From the NCBI RefSeq assembly GCF_009914755.1, contig NC_060928.1: a stretch of 64,000 bases of DNA; one strand, 5' to 3'. The notes under the pieces were generated by a model, which did not search any database, had not been told where the DNA came from, and saw only the letters and a program-made list of their open reading frames with translations. Position numbers and translations under genes: made by a program. The stretch comes from the human T2T-CHM13v2.0 reference genome, Homo sapiens. This document shows, in pieces, positions 44,801 to 62,599 of this stretch. The number at the start of each line of letters is the position of its first letter. Positions within the stretch are counted from its first letter, which is position 1.

Positions 44801-47119
44801 TCACTAGCCAGGCTTGCCAAACGTTAAAGTAATTTTAACACGTTTTTTATTAAGAAGGTCAACCAAGCCCACGATTCCCCTAAAACGATTAATCTCTGTC
44901 TCATTATAGTTCTTATTAAACAACTCTGTTATGAGCTCATTTAGAAGTAGGTGTCATCAAATAGCAGTTTATCAACAGCTCATGAACATTGAAAAATGTG
45001 AAAATTCAGTTTGAAATATCCAATAACTTTGATTATATCCAGGATGGTAACTATACAAGAAAACAAGGATCTTGAGAAGGTCCTTCACATGATAATATAA
45101 TAATGGTTCACTTTTGCCTCATGAGCATACACATAATTAAGGTATAATCAAAATAAAAAATTCTCAACACACTAATGATTGAAGCATCTCATTTATGTTA
45201 AATTCAAGTATAGTTTAAGCAAATTTGAGATTTGTGTATTATTCTAACCTTAATTTTTTTTTACTATGTCTTATTTTATATTTAAGTTTATGCATTTCTT
45301 AGATGAGTTTTGTTGGTTTGAGACGTGTTCTGAGTCATCTGTTACCTCTTAACTTCGCTCAGGTCTTTTACTCTCTCTCAGTAGTAAATAATACACGTTT
45401 TAGTTGAATTCTGTCTGTAGCATCCACTGTAACTTGCAGGAGTAGGGAATCTCATTAAGCATCTTACTGAGAAAACAAATATTCATCACAGTTCTTTACA
45501 TTGTTCTCACGGGAAATCACATATAAGCAGATATTTGTTACAAAGTGGTGCAGTCACTCACACTGCCTTACTTTCTCTGTGTAACTGCTTGATACCATAT
45601 TGCCAAAGTGTTATTTATTGAAGAGCATCGGCTATTTAAAAAATTTATATGAGATCAACTTGAATTATATAGGCTATCAAATGTAGATAAGAGATTAGTG
45701 GTGGTTTGAATACATACATACATAAATATAGGAGATTGGGGGCTCACGATGTGATTGGAAATGAGCTGAGCGGCAGAAAAATATCTTATTTAGCATCTGT
45801 GTGAGGTGGCTGAGGATAGGAATGTGGACAATAGAGAATAGTTGGTTTCTTGTAAACTTGTGTTTTCCTATTCTTACTCAAATTGAAGGCTTCTTTGTGT
45901 ATTTGAGGGAAACTAAAGGAAGTTATAGGGGGCTGACATACTTGAAGTTATTATTAATATATTCTCATAAATTAGAGTATCACTGAACATTTTTGTTCTC
46001 ATATAATGACCGTGTTGTTAGCTTATTTATCTCTTGTTGTAATGTCTGTTTCATACAGAAGGAGAAACAAGTTTACTTTAAATGATAATCTTTGTTCCAT
46101 CAAAGCACAATGATTTACTTCGGCACATTTACATCACACTATACTTAAAAGCTTTATCCTTTAGTTAAATGAGACTTTGAAGCCTAAATTTGCTTTCTGA
46201 AATGATATGTTTGAATTTCCAATCATGTATTTTCTTCCCATATACTCTTCAGATAAAGGAAAAGCTTCCATTTTCACTATCTTAAAAGAAACATTTTTTC
46301 TTGGATAACAGCTGTAATTCATGCATTCATGTCTAAACACCAGCTAATTAATTCAGAATCAGTATTATATGTAATACTGAAATTAGAATCTGAGCTAAAA
46401 TTAACTTTGGCATGGTTAACTCTTTCTTCATAAAAATTTTTGCAGAAATCCAGGCGCAGAAGAACCTGGGATTTTCAAGTAATTCTCACATACCCACAAA
46501 AATACTTTAAAGAGAGATGTGTTGAGGATTGGCAAGCCAGTTAAGTTTATCATATCTTTCATGCCTAGTTCCTCAGTCAAAGGCAAAAATACAGTCCCTT
46601 ACTGTCAAATTTTGTCTCCAAAACTCCCTTACCCACCATGATCTGTGCTTCCCAGGAAGCTCGGTTTCCTAGAGTACAAACTAAATCAATTTCAGTCTTT
46701 GCCCCAGTAGAAACCTGTCCATATTCCTGAGGGATAGTGGGTCCCTGTCAGCTAGTTATTATTCTGTACCCTCATATTTTCAGGCTACAAGACAGCATTT
46801 ATAGTCACCTCCCTTAATCCAAGTATTTTCCTTGACTTCTTATTTTCCTCTCTCATTCAAAACTAACAAAACAGAAATACAAACAACAAAACTCCTTTGA
46901 CATAAAATTCTGTGTAGAACCTAATCTGTCATCACTTTAAAAATGTCAAACGTGTTCATGGGTTTAAAAAAATCACTTGCTACTAAAAGCCTATAATGAA
47001 AGAAAATATACCAATCCCACCCATCAGTTCATTCCCCATAGCCTAACATATTTTAGTTTTAATTTCTCTTAATTAACCACCCTTTTGCAGTATATACATA
47101 CTACTTACTCCTTCTTGTT

Positions 47120-47600
47120 TTGACATTGCATCAAATAAATATAAAACTATTCCAAAATTTAGTGATTTAGTTGTGTAAAATCTTTTTAATAAGTTGTTAA
47201 CAATTCTTCTCCAGGCTGTGGGTTGGCTGAGCTGACCACTGGTTGGGATGGACTTGACTGATCTTGGCTGGACTCACTCATATATTTATGTTTAGCTGGT
47301 AGGTCAGCTTGGGGCATGGTGGTCTGGTGTGGCCTCTGCTAGGTGTCTCAGCTACCCTTCACACATCTCTTACATACTGAAATCTCTCGTAGCAGCCAAT
47401 TCCTATTCTCATGACATACTCTAATGGCATTTTACAGAAGCAAGAGGATGGGAAAATGTGCAAGCAGTCTTTCAAAGCCCTGCTTGCATCACAGTTACTG
47501 TTATCCCATTGTTCAAAGAAAGTCACATAGCCAAGTGCAAACTAGGTTTGGGTATGGATACAGGGAAGCATTGATTTGGCCCACAGATGAAATCAAGCTG
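47120..47600 (-). mobile_element. MLT1H-like MaLR LTR
   Basis: ccaaaatttagtgattta...cttggctggactcactcat...tgcttgcatcacagttactgttatcccattg...aagtcacatagccaag. Confidence 0.7.
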
Positions 47601-48433
47601 GCTTCCAGTATTAGAATATGAAACACATTTTCTCAGTTAGATTCCTAATCAGAGATTTAATTTTCTGAGTTACTGCGTATATGAAAATCTATTCCACTCT
47701 CACATAGTTTGAAAGTTGTGCTGACTATGTTGGAATTCAGGTTCCTAGATTGGAAGTTGTATAATATTTAGTCAGGATAATGTAAAGTTACTCTTTCATT
47801 GTCCTTTAGGGCCCAGTATTGTTATTGAGAAGCCCAATGCCATTTTTTTCCTAATGCTTGTATTTGTGCCCTGTTTTAATCTCTTCAGATTTTAGAGTAT
47901 TTGTTTATCAGTTATGTACTTATCAGTCTTTTCTCTTTTTCCCTTTATCTTAGAAAATGTGTAATGCTGTGCCCTCGTGTTAATAATTTCATACTTGTCT
48001 GATACCCCATGGATTATTTTATTATGGAAACTCATATTCTTCAATTCTGGAAAATTTTCCCATGTTGTGTCTGATAAATTTTCTCCTTCTATTTACTCTT
48101 GTGTCCCTTCCTGGAAGTCCCAAGTACTTAAATTTAGACCTTCTGAATTAATCACTTAAGTCTGTTATCTTATTTTGGACATCTGTAATCTGTCTGGCAA
48201 TTCCTATGAATTTGTACATCTCTGGACTTCCAAGGCATCTTTTTTCAATCAGGCCTGCTTCTCAACATTACTTTCTTGCACACCCAAATGTTTCTAAATT
48301 CTAAGTCTTCCTATTTTAGTGTTTTCAGGAATTAAATTCCAATATTCTTGCTTTACACTAGAGATTTGGGGGCATATATTATGTGCATGATTTATGAAAG
48401 AAATTTTCTCTTTTTTATGTCAACTTCTAAATA

Positions 48434-48775
48434 CAGGCATGTGCTGCAGAATGATGGTGGTCAATGACATACCACATATAAGTCAGTGGTACTATAAGAT
48501 TATAATACCATATTGTACTGTACCTTTTCTATCTTTCAGTATGTTTAGATACACAAATGCTTATCACTATGTTACAATTGCCTACAGTATTCAGTACAAT
48601 AACGTGTTGTACAGGTTTGTAGCCTAGGAAGAATAAGTTATACCATATAGCCTAAGTGTGTAGCAGGCTATCATCTGTTTTTCTAAGTATACGCTTTGAC
48701 GCTTGCACAATGACGAAATGGCCTAACAATACATTTCTTAGAGAGTATTCTCACTGGGAAAGTGATGCATGACTG
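48434..48775. mobile_element. Tigger3a (MER7A) MITE
   Basis: TA|caggcatgtg...gcatgactg|TA terminal inverted repeats with TA TSD; tacagtattcagtaca...caggtttgtagcctagga. Confidence 0.92.
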
Positions 48776-49243
48776 TATTGTGCCATTATTCCTTCATTCA
48801 CATTTTTGGGTATAAAGCAGCCTTTCAAAATGTTATCTTCTGTTGTCCTTTTTCCCAGTATTTGACCTGATTGATAGGTTTATATTTTTCAAAAATTCCT
48901 TTATGATCATTTTAGTGGTGTCTAGAAAAGTAGTGAAATGAATGTGGCAAGTTTAGCATCTTGAAAAATAAGCCCATTAATATCTAGTTTATAATAATCA
49001 CATTATTGCTCTCTTACCATAAATCCAACTTCCAGCTGGGCAACGCTATGTTAATCTTCTATTTCTGCTTGTAATCAATAGACCCCCAACTTAATTTACC
49101 ATTTTTCCTATAAAATCTGTAAAATCTCAAGGCATATTCCGATACTAGGGAAGAAAAATATTTTATGTAGCACCTGGAATGACAACCACAAAAACGGGAC
49201 AGATACTGACAGACACTTAGACTAACTCCAGAGAAGTAAACTG

Positions 49244-49322
49244 TTAGTTTGGTGCAAAAGTAATTGCAGTTTTTGCCATGAAAAGAAATCATTGTTGCCA
49301 TTAAAAGTAATGCCACTAAAAA
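49244..49322. mobile_element. MADE1 (Hsmar1 MITE), rearranged
   Basis: ttagtttggtgcaaaagtaattgcagtttttgccat is one Hsmar1-type TIR; second arm disrupted. Confidence 0.85.
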
Positions 49323-49989
49323 TAATAGCTAAACATGTTTGACACTTATAATTCATCTCTCTTTTAACAAGTCCTAAAACACCTATATATCACTCATCAG
49401 ACTGGACACTTACTAAAATGGTAGGCAAATCTCAGAGACTGGGATTAGAAAAAGTTAATCGTATTCAAAATAGGAAAAAAATTAATTCTGAGAAAAAAAG
49501 TAAGAATAAAAAATACATATAATGGCATTAAGGTCCTGAGGTTGAATTCAGGACTGTACTATTATATTAAAATTTTGATAATAAGTCAAGATTCTAGATA
49601 GAGTAAGTTAAGGGAAAAAGATAGAAGACCTAGCAGACATAGTAATGACTCTAGTAATTTTTAAAATAAACATTTGAGAGTGATGTTTCATATGCTTGGA
49701 GTAACTGGCATCAAATTAAGTTCAAGGAGCAAAATGGGAGTGTGCCATTTATGCAAAAGACTATAGTTCCTGAGTCTGTGAGGGGGAGTTCATGCTTTTA
49801 TTTAAGAGATTAGTGGAAATGGGACACTGGAGCTACTTGCAAACACATCCCGGTAAAGATTGAGCCAGGAATACTTTAGTACAATCTTATTGGGAACTCA
49901 AAGACATTCATAGCTTCAGCATTTGGTGGAAGAAAAGAACACGATAACTAACAATAGCATCCAAAATTGTTTTTTCTTATGTCCCATGC

Positions 49990-50755
49990 ATCCTCAGTTG
50001 CCCATCGGGGTCCTTAAGCTATGAAATTTTAGAGTCACTTTTAAACCTGTTCTTTTGTTCTTTCTTAATTTAAAATCAACTGATAAATCAATTACTCTAT
50101 TGCTATATTTCTTGCTCCTTTTCTTATTGAAGCTGTCATTATCTCTTATTTAGATCAATATAATTGTCTCTTTAGTACATTCTCTTTTCATGGTGTCTCA
50201 TTCAATCCACCTATGTGACCCCAGATTTGTATTTTTAAATCATAATCTGACCACTAACATTCTTGTTTTAAAGTCTTTCAATCCACATTACATATAGAAA
50301 CTCATATTATGATTGAATGTTATTTAAGCTTTTCCTCATAATCTGATCTAAATTTGTGTTAATCACATACTATTTTCTAGGCACACACGATTTCTCATCA
50401 TTCTTAAATATGCACTGTATGTTGTATCATAAGTTTCGTCTCCATGTTCACACCATTGTCTTTGAATGGAATATCTCTTCCATTCTGCTAGTGAGAGTCT
50501 TATCCATTCACACAACTCCAGCCTTTTCTGATGTCCCAGGTCATAATTAGTTTTTTCCTTCTCCCTGTTTATAAAGCACTTGTCTTGTTCCTCTACATTA
50601 GATTTCATTACAGTACAACATGCAATGCAATGTATTGAGGCACCTCTGTATGTTCTTGTGAGTTTCTTAGGAACAAAGGCAGTATCTTCCTCATCTTTAC
50701 ATCCACTTTATTTTCTAGTTGAACGTCTTGCTCGTGATAGATGTTAGTCCATTGA
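49990..50755 (+). mobile_element. L2 fragment
   Basis: tttttaaatcataatctgaccact..., gtgagtttcttaggaacaaaggcagtatctt...; pyrimidine-rich L2 3' pattern. Confidence 0.6.
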
Positions 50756-53537
50756 AATCCAATGATCTTCCTCTTCTTCATGCTGTTCTACAATGCTTAA
50801 CTACTTTCATATTCTTTGTGCAATCCACTTCCTGTAAGAGTTATTTCCTCTACCTGAAAGTTTATGATGTACTTTGGATACCTTAATATGTATGAAATTA
50901 GCTAGTTTCCTTATGTGTTTTTATTGTATTCTGTTCTCCTATACATTGGTAGTTTGTTATAAATTTGAAAAAATAAACTGGATTTAGGCATGTACATAAA
51001 CACTTAGACAGCATATGTAACTGGAAAATTATGTTAGCTTCATGCAAGGAGGGAGGACATCACAATGCTAAGAATAGTGAAATGTGAGTTAGTGCTATTG
51101 ATAGAAATATATAGCTCTCTTTTATGAAGATAATAAATTGTGAATTAAACTAATTTATTTATGTTCTAGACTCAGTTCATTGTCGGTGTACAGACAGAGC
51201 TTTACTTTCAAAGAATAGCTACACACAGAAACAATTCTAGGATCCAATACTTTTTGAACACCCTGTAGTTGGGCATTATAATAGTATTATTAGATAATTT
51301 TAGAGTGCCAATTATAGTCTTATAAATACAATCTGTGAAACTGGAAAGTTCTCAAGGAAGTAAGTTTGAAGATGGTGATCTTTAAGAGCATGGATCATAA
51401 ATTAAAATAATCAAATAAAGCAGTTGTTGTAGAAAGAAACAAAATAAAGGCTAGGGAAGTTTATAGAAACAATAATCTTAAAAATAAAGATATCCAAAAT
51501 GTTATTATCAAAAGAAATCCATGTGAAATGCTTAATTTCTGAAAACAAATAAAAATCCAAAAAAGAGGAAGTCAAGCTTTCATGGAAAACTTCAAACAAA
51601 TGACAAAACAGGATTATTTAAAACACAGTTAAACACTCCTTGGAATAGAGAATGAAGAAGAACTAACATTAGCAAGGTAGAAAAGAAATGACATTTTAGT
51701 CTGCAAGATGGACCCTTAATTCACAGAAATTATCCTTTATTATTTTCAAAAGTTGTTCTAAAACTTGGTGATACTCTAATTCAAGACATGGGTAGGAAAA
51801 GGGGAGATTTATGTGCCTTTTACTGAACCACTTTTACTCATGCTCAGCCTCAACATTATTATTTTCTTTCAACTGCATGACTATACCTTGGGAGGAATAA
51901 ATAATTTGAAAATATATGAGTTAACAAAGAAAGAAATGCAGAGTTGCAGACTGATAATGGAAATTACAGGGGTTATAAAATATCATATATTGCGTTGCCA
52001 TTAAGATGAAAGGAATACAGGAAGTTATAAATAACCCACACCATTTTTTAAAAGACTGCTTTTTAAATATTCTTTGTGGAAGCATAACTGATAAAAGTCT
52101 AGTCATTTTTCATGTGAAGTCATTTTTCTCAATAAGCAATTTGCTAAAGTGAAAAAACAGGATTAGACAATGGTTGCATTGTTTCATTCAGTACTTCTGA
52201 ATGAAATGTCATATCCTGCGTACAGTCTCATACATGAGTGAAATGTTGAATGGCTTTGTAATATATAGGTGTTATGCAAAAGAAATGTGAAACAGTCTAT
52301 AAAAATAATGCTTTTATCATGGAACAATAAAGAAATCACAAAGAAAAGAACCATTTATGGTATTACCAACTTATTGAATTCTTTACAATTTATAAAGTGT
52401 TTTCAGGTACATAATTCAATTAAGTTTTCCTAAGAACTCTGTAATCTAGCCATTTAATACTATTTTTCTTACACAGACACCGAATAACATTAAATGACTT
52501 GCTTAAAGTCTCATAGGTAAATCTTTTGATTTTTAAGTCAAAGCGGTAGAGAAGTTGTAAGTCTAAGAAAAGGTGAAAAAAGATATGGGAGAGAATGGCA
52601 TCTGCTATTTTCAAGAATACCTCAGGCCTTACACTTATTAAGTGACTTTACTTGCTGTATTTACTATGAGATAGGAAGAACCAAAATGTCAGGGAACAGA
52701 AAAGAATGACTCTATTGAAACAGCCTCAAATTATTCCTCAGTTCTGCACAAACAGTTTGATATTATTCTGAACTATATAACATTCTGCAAAGGAAAAGGG
52801 ACCAATTTACCCATATTTCATGTTGAGCCAGTAAGAAAGCCCAGACCACTTGGATCTTCTAACTTCCATTGAAAACTGCAGGTCAGGTAGAGCAAGGTTG
52901 CATTAGATGATTTGGAAAAGAAAGGGGATAGGTAAGAGGAATTTACTTATTGGATCCAAACTAATTAAATCATGCAACAAATGCCTTACGCATGTCACCT
53001 TGGTAAGAGAAAGGGAAAGTCTCAGAGAATATACATAGTCTACTTTAATGACAAAGATTTGTTTCTGGCAGGATCTTAAAATATTAGATCTCAACATCAA
53101 CAATGATGTGTATAATTTTTACACTATATTCATAGTGGCTTTCAAAGAGGCTAGAAATTAATAAAATTCGGTTTAAAGTAAAAGAGTTGTGAACTAGTGC
53201 ACTGTAAAATTGTTTGGTTATATTAGCACACAGAAATGTTCTCTGATCCACTAATTATCCCATGTATTTTCTTATTTCTGGAAAATACCTGTCAAAACGC
53301 TTTCTCTGATGATAACGATGACTACAGTTGTATGTATTCTAAATATATAAATGAAGTAAACATCTCAAAAAATGTGTATGCTTCACAATTGATTTTCTGT
53401 ATTCATCTCTTAAACTTAATTTTCTGTAGTTAGTTGCTACTTGCAACTTTTACTCTGAAAATAAAATTCACTAAATATAATATCTTTTGAGTGTGTTTTA
53501 CATTAAAATAATTTTATTTACATTGTCAGTTTTTTTT

Positions 53538-53653
53538 AATTTAAAAATACTTTATTGCTAAAAGATGCTAACGATCAAGTGAAACTTCAGTGAGTTTCAA
53601 TCTTTTAGCTGGTGGAGGGTTTTGCCTGGATGTTGATGGCTGCTGGCAATTTC

Positions 53654-53655
<2 letters not shown>
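53538..53655 (-). other. L1 3' transduction: Tigger1-like segment with AATAAA (53551-53556, minus strand) and second poly-A (53530-53537)
   Basis: Lies between the L1 poly-A and the TSD; aatttaaaaatactttattgctaaaa...gctggtggagggttttgcctggatgttgatggctgctg resembles recalled Tigger1. Confidence 0.85.
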
Positions 53656-56390
<2,735 letters not shown>

Positions 56391-56699
56391 TAGTTGTCTC
56401 TGTCTGGAAAAAATTGATTTTTCAAATCAATTTGAAAAGTTGGCCGAGCAATATATAGTCACTTAAGCAAGCCTGTATGTATGTGGACAAGTAGACATTA
56501 ACGATTACTCTCATTTTTGTTATCAATGTGTCTAAAACTATAAATTTTTTAAAGAAGATCACCCACTCGTTAATCTTTTTTCTAAGCCATAATAAATATC
56601 AATTTATATTATTTTACACAGTAACTATTTTATTACATTAATATATCTATTTCCTCTATTGAAGTATTCTTGTTTTCTTTCCATGTTTTTAAAACTATA

Positions 56700-57250
56700 A
56701 ACATTGTAAATAATATTGTAAAGCTGGTCATTTTTAACAGTAAATTTTAACAATAGAATGCATAGGTAAATCAGTATGGACATGTTTGGATTATTAAACA
56801 ATTTAGCCAAATTGCCCCTTGGAAAGTTTATTTTAATTGTATATTTCTACCAAAAAAAATGAGAGTGCCTTGTATCTTCTTCGCTATTAGTTCTTAGTCT
56901 CTTAAATTTTTGTCATTTGTAGTGATCAATAATGCTTTCGTACAGTGTTTTAATGTTTAACTTTAGACCATACAGTGGAAAATGTATTCATATCTCTTTG
57001 CCCATTTATATGTCAAATTTTATGAAGCATCTGTCCATCTCTTGAAATTATTTTCATTTTAACTGACTTATCAAGTGTTTTATATATTAAAAGTGTTCAA
57101 GTTTCTTTTTCTTATTTGCTACAAATCACATTTCCAATGTTTCACTTGTTTTTCAATCTTGATTATAGTATTTTTTAGCCATTCATATTTATTTCTGTAT
57201 GCTCAAAATCATTTTTCTCATTTCAATTTTTAAGATTGAAATACTTTTGG
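56700..57250 (-). mobile_element. Ancient L1M (L1ME-like) fragment
   Basis: gccaaattgcccctt...ttctaccaaaaaaaatgagagtgcc, tctttgcccatttt; T-rich antisense pattern. Confidence 0.55.
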
Positions 57251-57429
57251 AAATGCATTCAGTGCAATCTAATTGTTGGTTTTCATATTATTTTGCAGGC
57301 TAGTGGGGAATACTGCAGAAGCATCAGGAATATCAGCTGTTGACAGCTGCTCTATTAATTTGACTATCCCCAGAGTGCTCCATAGCCTGAAGTTATTTCT
57401 ATTGATGGAGCCAAGTACTCAATCCATTT

Positions 57430-57670
57430 GTTTTCACTCTATTAACACATTTATTTTCTACAATAATTCCATGATATAGGTTACTATTATCATTCCTGTC
57501 TTACATATGAGGAATCTAGAGCACAAGAGGTTAAGATGTTGTTCTAAGTCTATGCCAACTTAGAAATAAGTTTATGCAAACTTAGGTAGAAATTGGGAGA
57601 GCTGAGCTTTAAACCCAATCTGTCTTATTTCAGAGTTCACACACTTAACCCTTCACTATTACTGCCTCTA
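57430..57670 (-). mobile_element. MIR
   Basis: aggttactattatcattcctgtcttacatatgaggaatctagagcacaagaggttaag...gagctttaaaccca...cttaacc. Confidence 0.75.
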
Positions 57671-58196
57671 CAGAAGTTTTGGCACTCTTTTTAATGAGCT
57701 TCCTGGTAGGTCCCTTGAGTGATTGTGTGGCCAAGATGCATTTCTTTTGGAAGCTCGAACTGTTTATTTTAAGCTTCACTTACATGAACCTCATTTATGA
57801 CCTTTTCCTGAAGAGAATGATCGCATTTTAAAGCTGCGCTAATTTCCATGTCTAGCTTCTGTTACAGGCTCACTTTAAACTTTTTGTCTTTCTTTGGACT
57901 ACTAGAAATTATCAGAAGGAAATTTTCTTTTAACTCCTTTGTCTGGGTACTCTTAAATGCTGACTTTAAATAGAATGACATTATTTGATACAAGTGAATT
58001 ATGTATATAGAAATGTAGCTTTCTCTCTAAAGCTTTAAGTTTATTGTACATTTTATTATGCCATTCCATGAAATATGATTGATTAATTAATAATTATGAA
58101 CAAGTCCTGGGTATACTTAGCAGTACTTTACTTCTTTCAAATATGGCATTTTTACAGACTTCAAAGACTTCTTTGTATTGCATAGAGATCACGTCA

Positions 58197-58255
58197 CACA
58201 GTGTTATGGCTGATATTCATTGATCTTCACAGTGTTATGGCTGATATTGATTGAT
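58197..58255. repeat. 31-bp-period tandem duplication
   Basis: cacagtgttatggctgatatt(c/g)attgat at 58197 and 58228. Confidence 0.95.
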
Positions 58256-60584
58256 TCATCGTCTTCATCACTGGTGACTTTAGAATATTCTTATTCAACA
58301 GCTCAATTTTTCTAAAGAACATTATTTAGAAAATTTATTTAATTAAACTATATACATGGATGAGATAATATGATGATAAAAGAGCTCTGAATATAAAGTT
58401 AGAAGGCTTAGGTAACATTTTATTTTTTTACTTCATAATGTTGTGATTTCAAATATTAGGCTTTCAAATCTTGGTTTCCTCAACTTTAAAATGTAAATAA
58501 TAGGATATGCCATTTACACATGGCACAAATATTGAAATAATTAGAATAGACATCAAGTAACGGTGGGTAAATGCATTTTGTTATAAAGCACCCTATATAA
58601 ATATGAGATTCTATATGTTATTTAATATAAAATCATCAATAAAAATTATAGCAATACCAGAAAATGTATATTGACAATGACAAAACACTTAGCCGCTATA
58701 AGTATAATTATTTTTATTTTAATAAAAAATAAGAATCCAATATTGTTGTGGTCATAATTCTATATAGCCATTTTTTGGGGTGTAGATTATTAAACATAGA
58801 ATCAATGTCATTTTATGAGTAAATGTTTTCCATTACACCACAAACATTCTTAAATATGTTTTCGCATTGAAATTTCTTGTTAAAATCTGGTAAGTTAAAG
58901 TTGCGTGCATATGTGTATCCATGTGTGCATATATTCATGTTTGTTTTATATGAGTCAACAAAGGTTTAAGTTGTAATTTATATTTGTGTTAAATAATTTG
59001 TCCATTTGTTTCTTCTTATTTTATGTTTTTGATATGTTTCCCTAGTTTTGGAGGAAAAATATATTCTGAGTGAATTCAGTGATTTGGAATTAAGATTTAT
59101 TTACAGAAATCATTTTGTTTCATAAGAAGTGTTACTAAAAGTGATTGCTAATCATTCTCAGAGACAAACAATATGTGTATTTTTAATACTAGGAAAGGGT
59201 TGCTCTGAATACACCACCTGGGGAATATCATCTGAGGGTGACTTTGGTTATGGTGCTTTTTAAGGCTGCCTTAATTGCTTTTGCATGCAGCTATATTCAT
59301 GAATGTGCATTCATCAAAGAATGAAGAGCAATGTGACATTTTCAAGTTTTACTAAGTCAACTAGCATCCGTTGCCATAGTACTCAGAAATAAGGAAGCCA
59401 GGAAAAGGCAGAGCTGTTTTTCATTATGCATTGAAAGATGTCAGCAGGATTAAAGTATAAAAGCAAAAAGCAAAAAAAAAAGCTAAGAGAAGGTGAACTA
59501 CTTACCAAATGGTCACTAATGAATATAAAAAGCAAATACACCAGCCAGTACTTTTGGAGAAGGATGAGACTGAAAAAAGATGTAATTAAAGGGAAGGGTA
59601 ACTTTATTATTTCTGAAAATATAAAAAAATGCCTGACTCTCTCTTTTCTCAGGTAAGAAAAAATGTTATACATTTTTATATGTATGTTATATACATACAT
59701 ATAATATCTCCTAATTTGGGAAAACACTGTCCTCTGCTAGGGAATAGTTTGAGCTGGTTTTACTCCTTGAATGAAATAAAGATGCATAAAAATAATTTTG
59801 TGCCCTTCAAATAACCTTTGAGTAAAATTAATATTCAAGGATATACTTGATAACTAGGGCTAGAACTTTGTAAATAAGTATAACCTTTAAAAATAAACAT
59901 CAAACCTTATTTAAATATGGTGGCTTCATAACTAGACCCCCAACTCTGTAATTTCTAAATGTCGATGAATTTTGACAATGATACAATGTTTATGGTGTAA
60001 TATAAACAGGCCACACATTCATTGCCATCATTATTCCAATATCTCTCTTCCAAGATCATCATTTCTGAAATTTCCTCTCTGATCTTAACTTACTAATCTG
60101 AGTTATCTTATTCTCTCATAAGCTGGATTTTGTCCTCAACCTTCAAGCCAGAGATTTGATCTTCCACTCTTCTGATTGATCAGAATTTCCATGGTCTTGA
60201 TTGTCTGTCCTAACTTCCCACTTAATCTCTCAATTTTTTCCCTCATCTTCTGACTATTGCAGGAGAAAGCTATACAAAAAAAAAATTGATTGGTTACATT
60301 ACAAACACAATCTATCAAATTTCATTTTGACCTGCCTTACTGCTAAATAAACTTTCTATTTTTCCCTTATTGAGCCAAAATTCTATTTGGGATTTCCAAA
60401 TTTCAGTATTTTCTCTTTCAGACTTCTTCCACATTTCTTTAACTCTAGCCTGAGCTTCCATACATATTGTGAAATTATTCTATCTCCCTACTCTATATGG
60501 ACTATTAATGTTAAATGAAATGGTGTACATTAGCTTCTCTGTTTCACTCCAAAATGTACCTTGTTTGTCACTCATTTCTTTTCA

Positions 60585-61127
<543 letters not shown>

Positions 61128-62599
61128 TTAATACTATGGTTCTTATTAAAACCAGAGATTAATGTATAACCAAAACTGAAAGCTTCATAGGTTACATTGT
61201 GTGAACATAAATGAAATAAAATTACTGTGATAGAAATATGCTTTAGTTTCTCTCTACAATTACAAAAACGGAAGTTGAATGAGGAATTTAAAAGATAACA
61301 ATACACTTTTATCTTGTAACAGTGTTAATCACAGTGAAATATACTTTTCAGGATAACATTTTCAAATGGAGCAAATATCGTTACAGATTGATGGCATAGC
61401 CTTTATTTGCCTTGTCAACATTAAGGTAGGAAGACTTCTGAGATACAAATGTCAGACTGACAGTAGTGACTCAGAAGCAGAAATTCAAAAAATGCACTTG
61501 CTGTAAATTCTGCTACACTGCCCAGGGCACTTCTTGGTCTGTATGTGTAACATGTATTCAGCTATTGTAAAGTTTCTTTAACAGTCCTGGAAGTACTATG
61601 ACAGTAACAAGGAAGATTGATAGCAGATTCCATGCCTCTTTGTTAATCACATTAAGAACTCTGCTTGGTACTCTTTGATGTTGTGTCTGGAAACATACAT
61701 CCCCACCACACCATATTGAAAACTTTCATCCTATTACCCATCTGCTGCCAGCAAATGATCAGTTTAAAGGCAAAAAATGGGTGATGGGGGTGTGAAAGTC
61801 AAAGATTTGCCAAGCATACCGTTTTTCTACTACTCATTCTTCTAATTACCTTTTGGGAAATGAGAGAACCTAACCATATAACATTTTGAAATGTTTCCTT
61901 AGGGAATCTGAATAATATTTTATGTAGCTTGAGTTACATGATAATGACAAGCATGTCTTCAAACATTAGAATTAAACCCATGGATGTGGCATAGTGCCTG
62001 TTGTTTTTCATCATAAGAGTTTATGATAAAACTGAGTACTGGAGTCTGCAGTTTATAAAAAGATGTTTCCTTCTATTTAGCTGGAGGAGTTTCTTATACT
62101 GGTGGATTGGTTCCCAGCGCCTACAGTCAGATAAATAAAAAGTTGCAGCAGGGGGACCAACTAGTAGGGAGTACATTTCATCGGTTGGAGAGAGGAAATT
62201 TATTTCTTCAATTACTTTAGAACATCTGCATGTTACAAAGAGGAATGTGCATTAACACAATTAACCATTTCTTTTTTTTAATTGAATTCATGGATTCATT
62301 CCTAAGTTTTCTAATCAGTTTTGCTCTGGTGTCATAAGTTAAGGGAGAATCAATACCAAACTAATTTTCCTGCATAAAGAGATTACTTGGATAATAGATT
62401 TTTTCCAGTGCTTTTGGAAATATTGAGTCTAATAAAATAACTCTAACAGAGATACAATTATTCATATCAGTAAGTTGTTCATCAGAAATATTTCACAAAG
62501 ACTAGACCTGAATCTAAATTGGAGGCAAAATCATTCAATTCAATAGAGCAGTTGCACTTTTCTCATATAGTAAAATGACCAGTTGCACCTAGTAAACAG

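Noticed and set aside
46359-46380. Hairpin tcagtatta-tatg-taatactga as a miRNA or terminator
   Set aside because: A 9-bp AT-rich stem is too short for a pre-miRNA and is at chance level.
58197-58255. Direct repeats as a CRISPR-like array
   Set aside because: Only two adjacent copies without spacers, in eukaryotic DNA.
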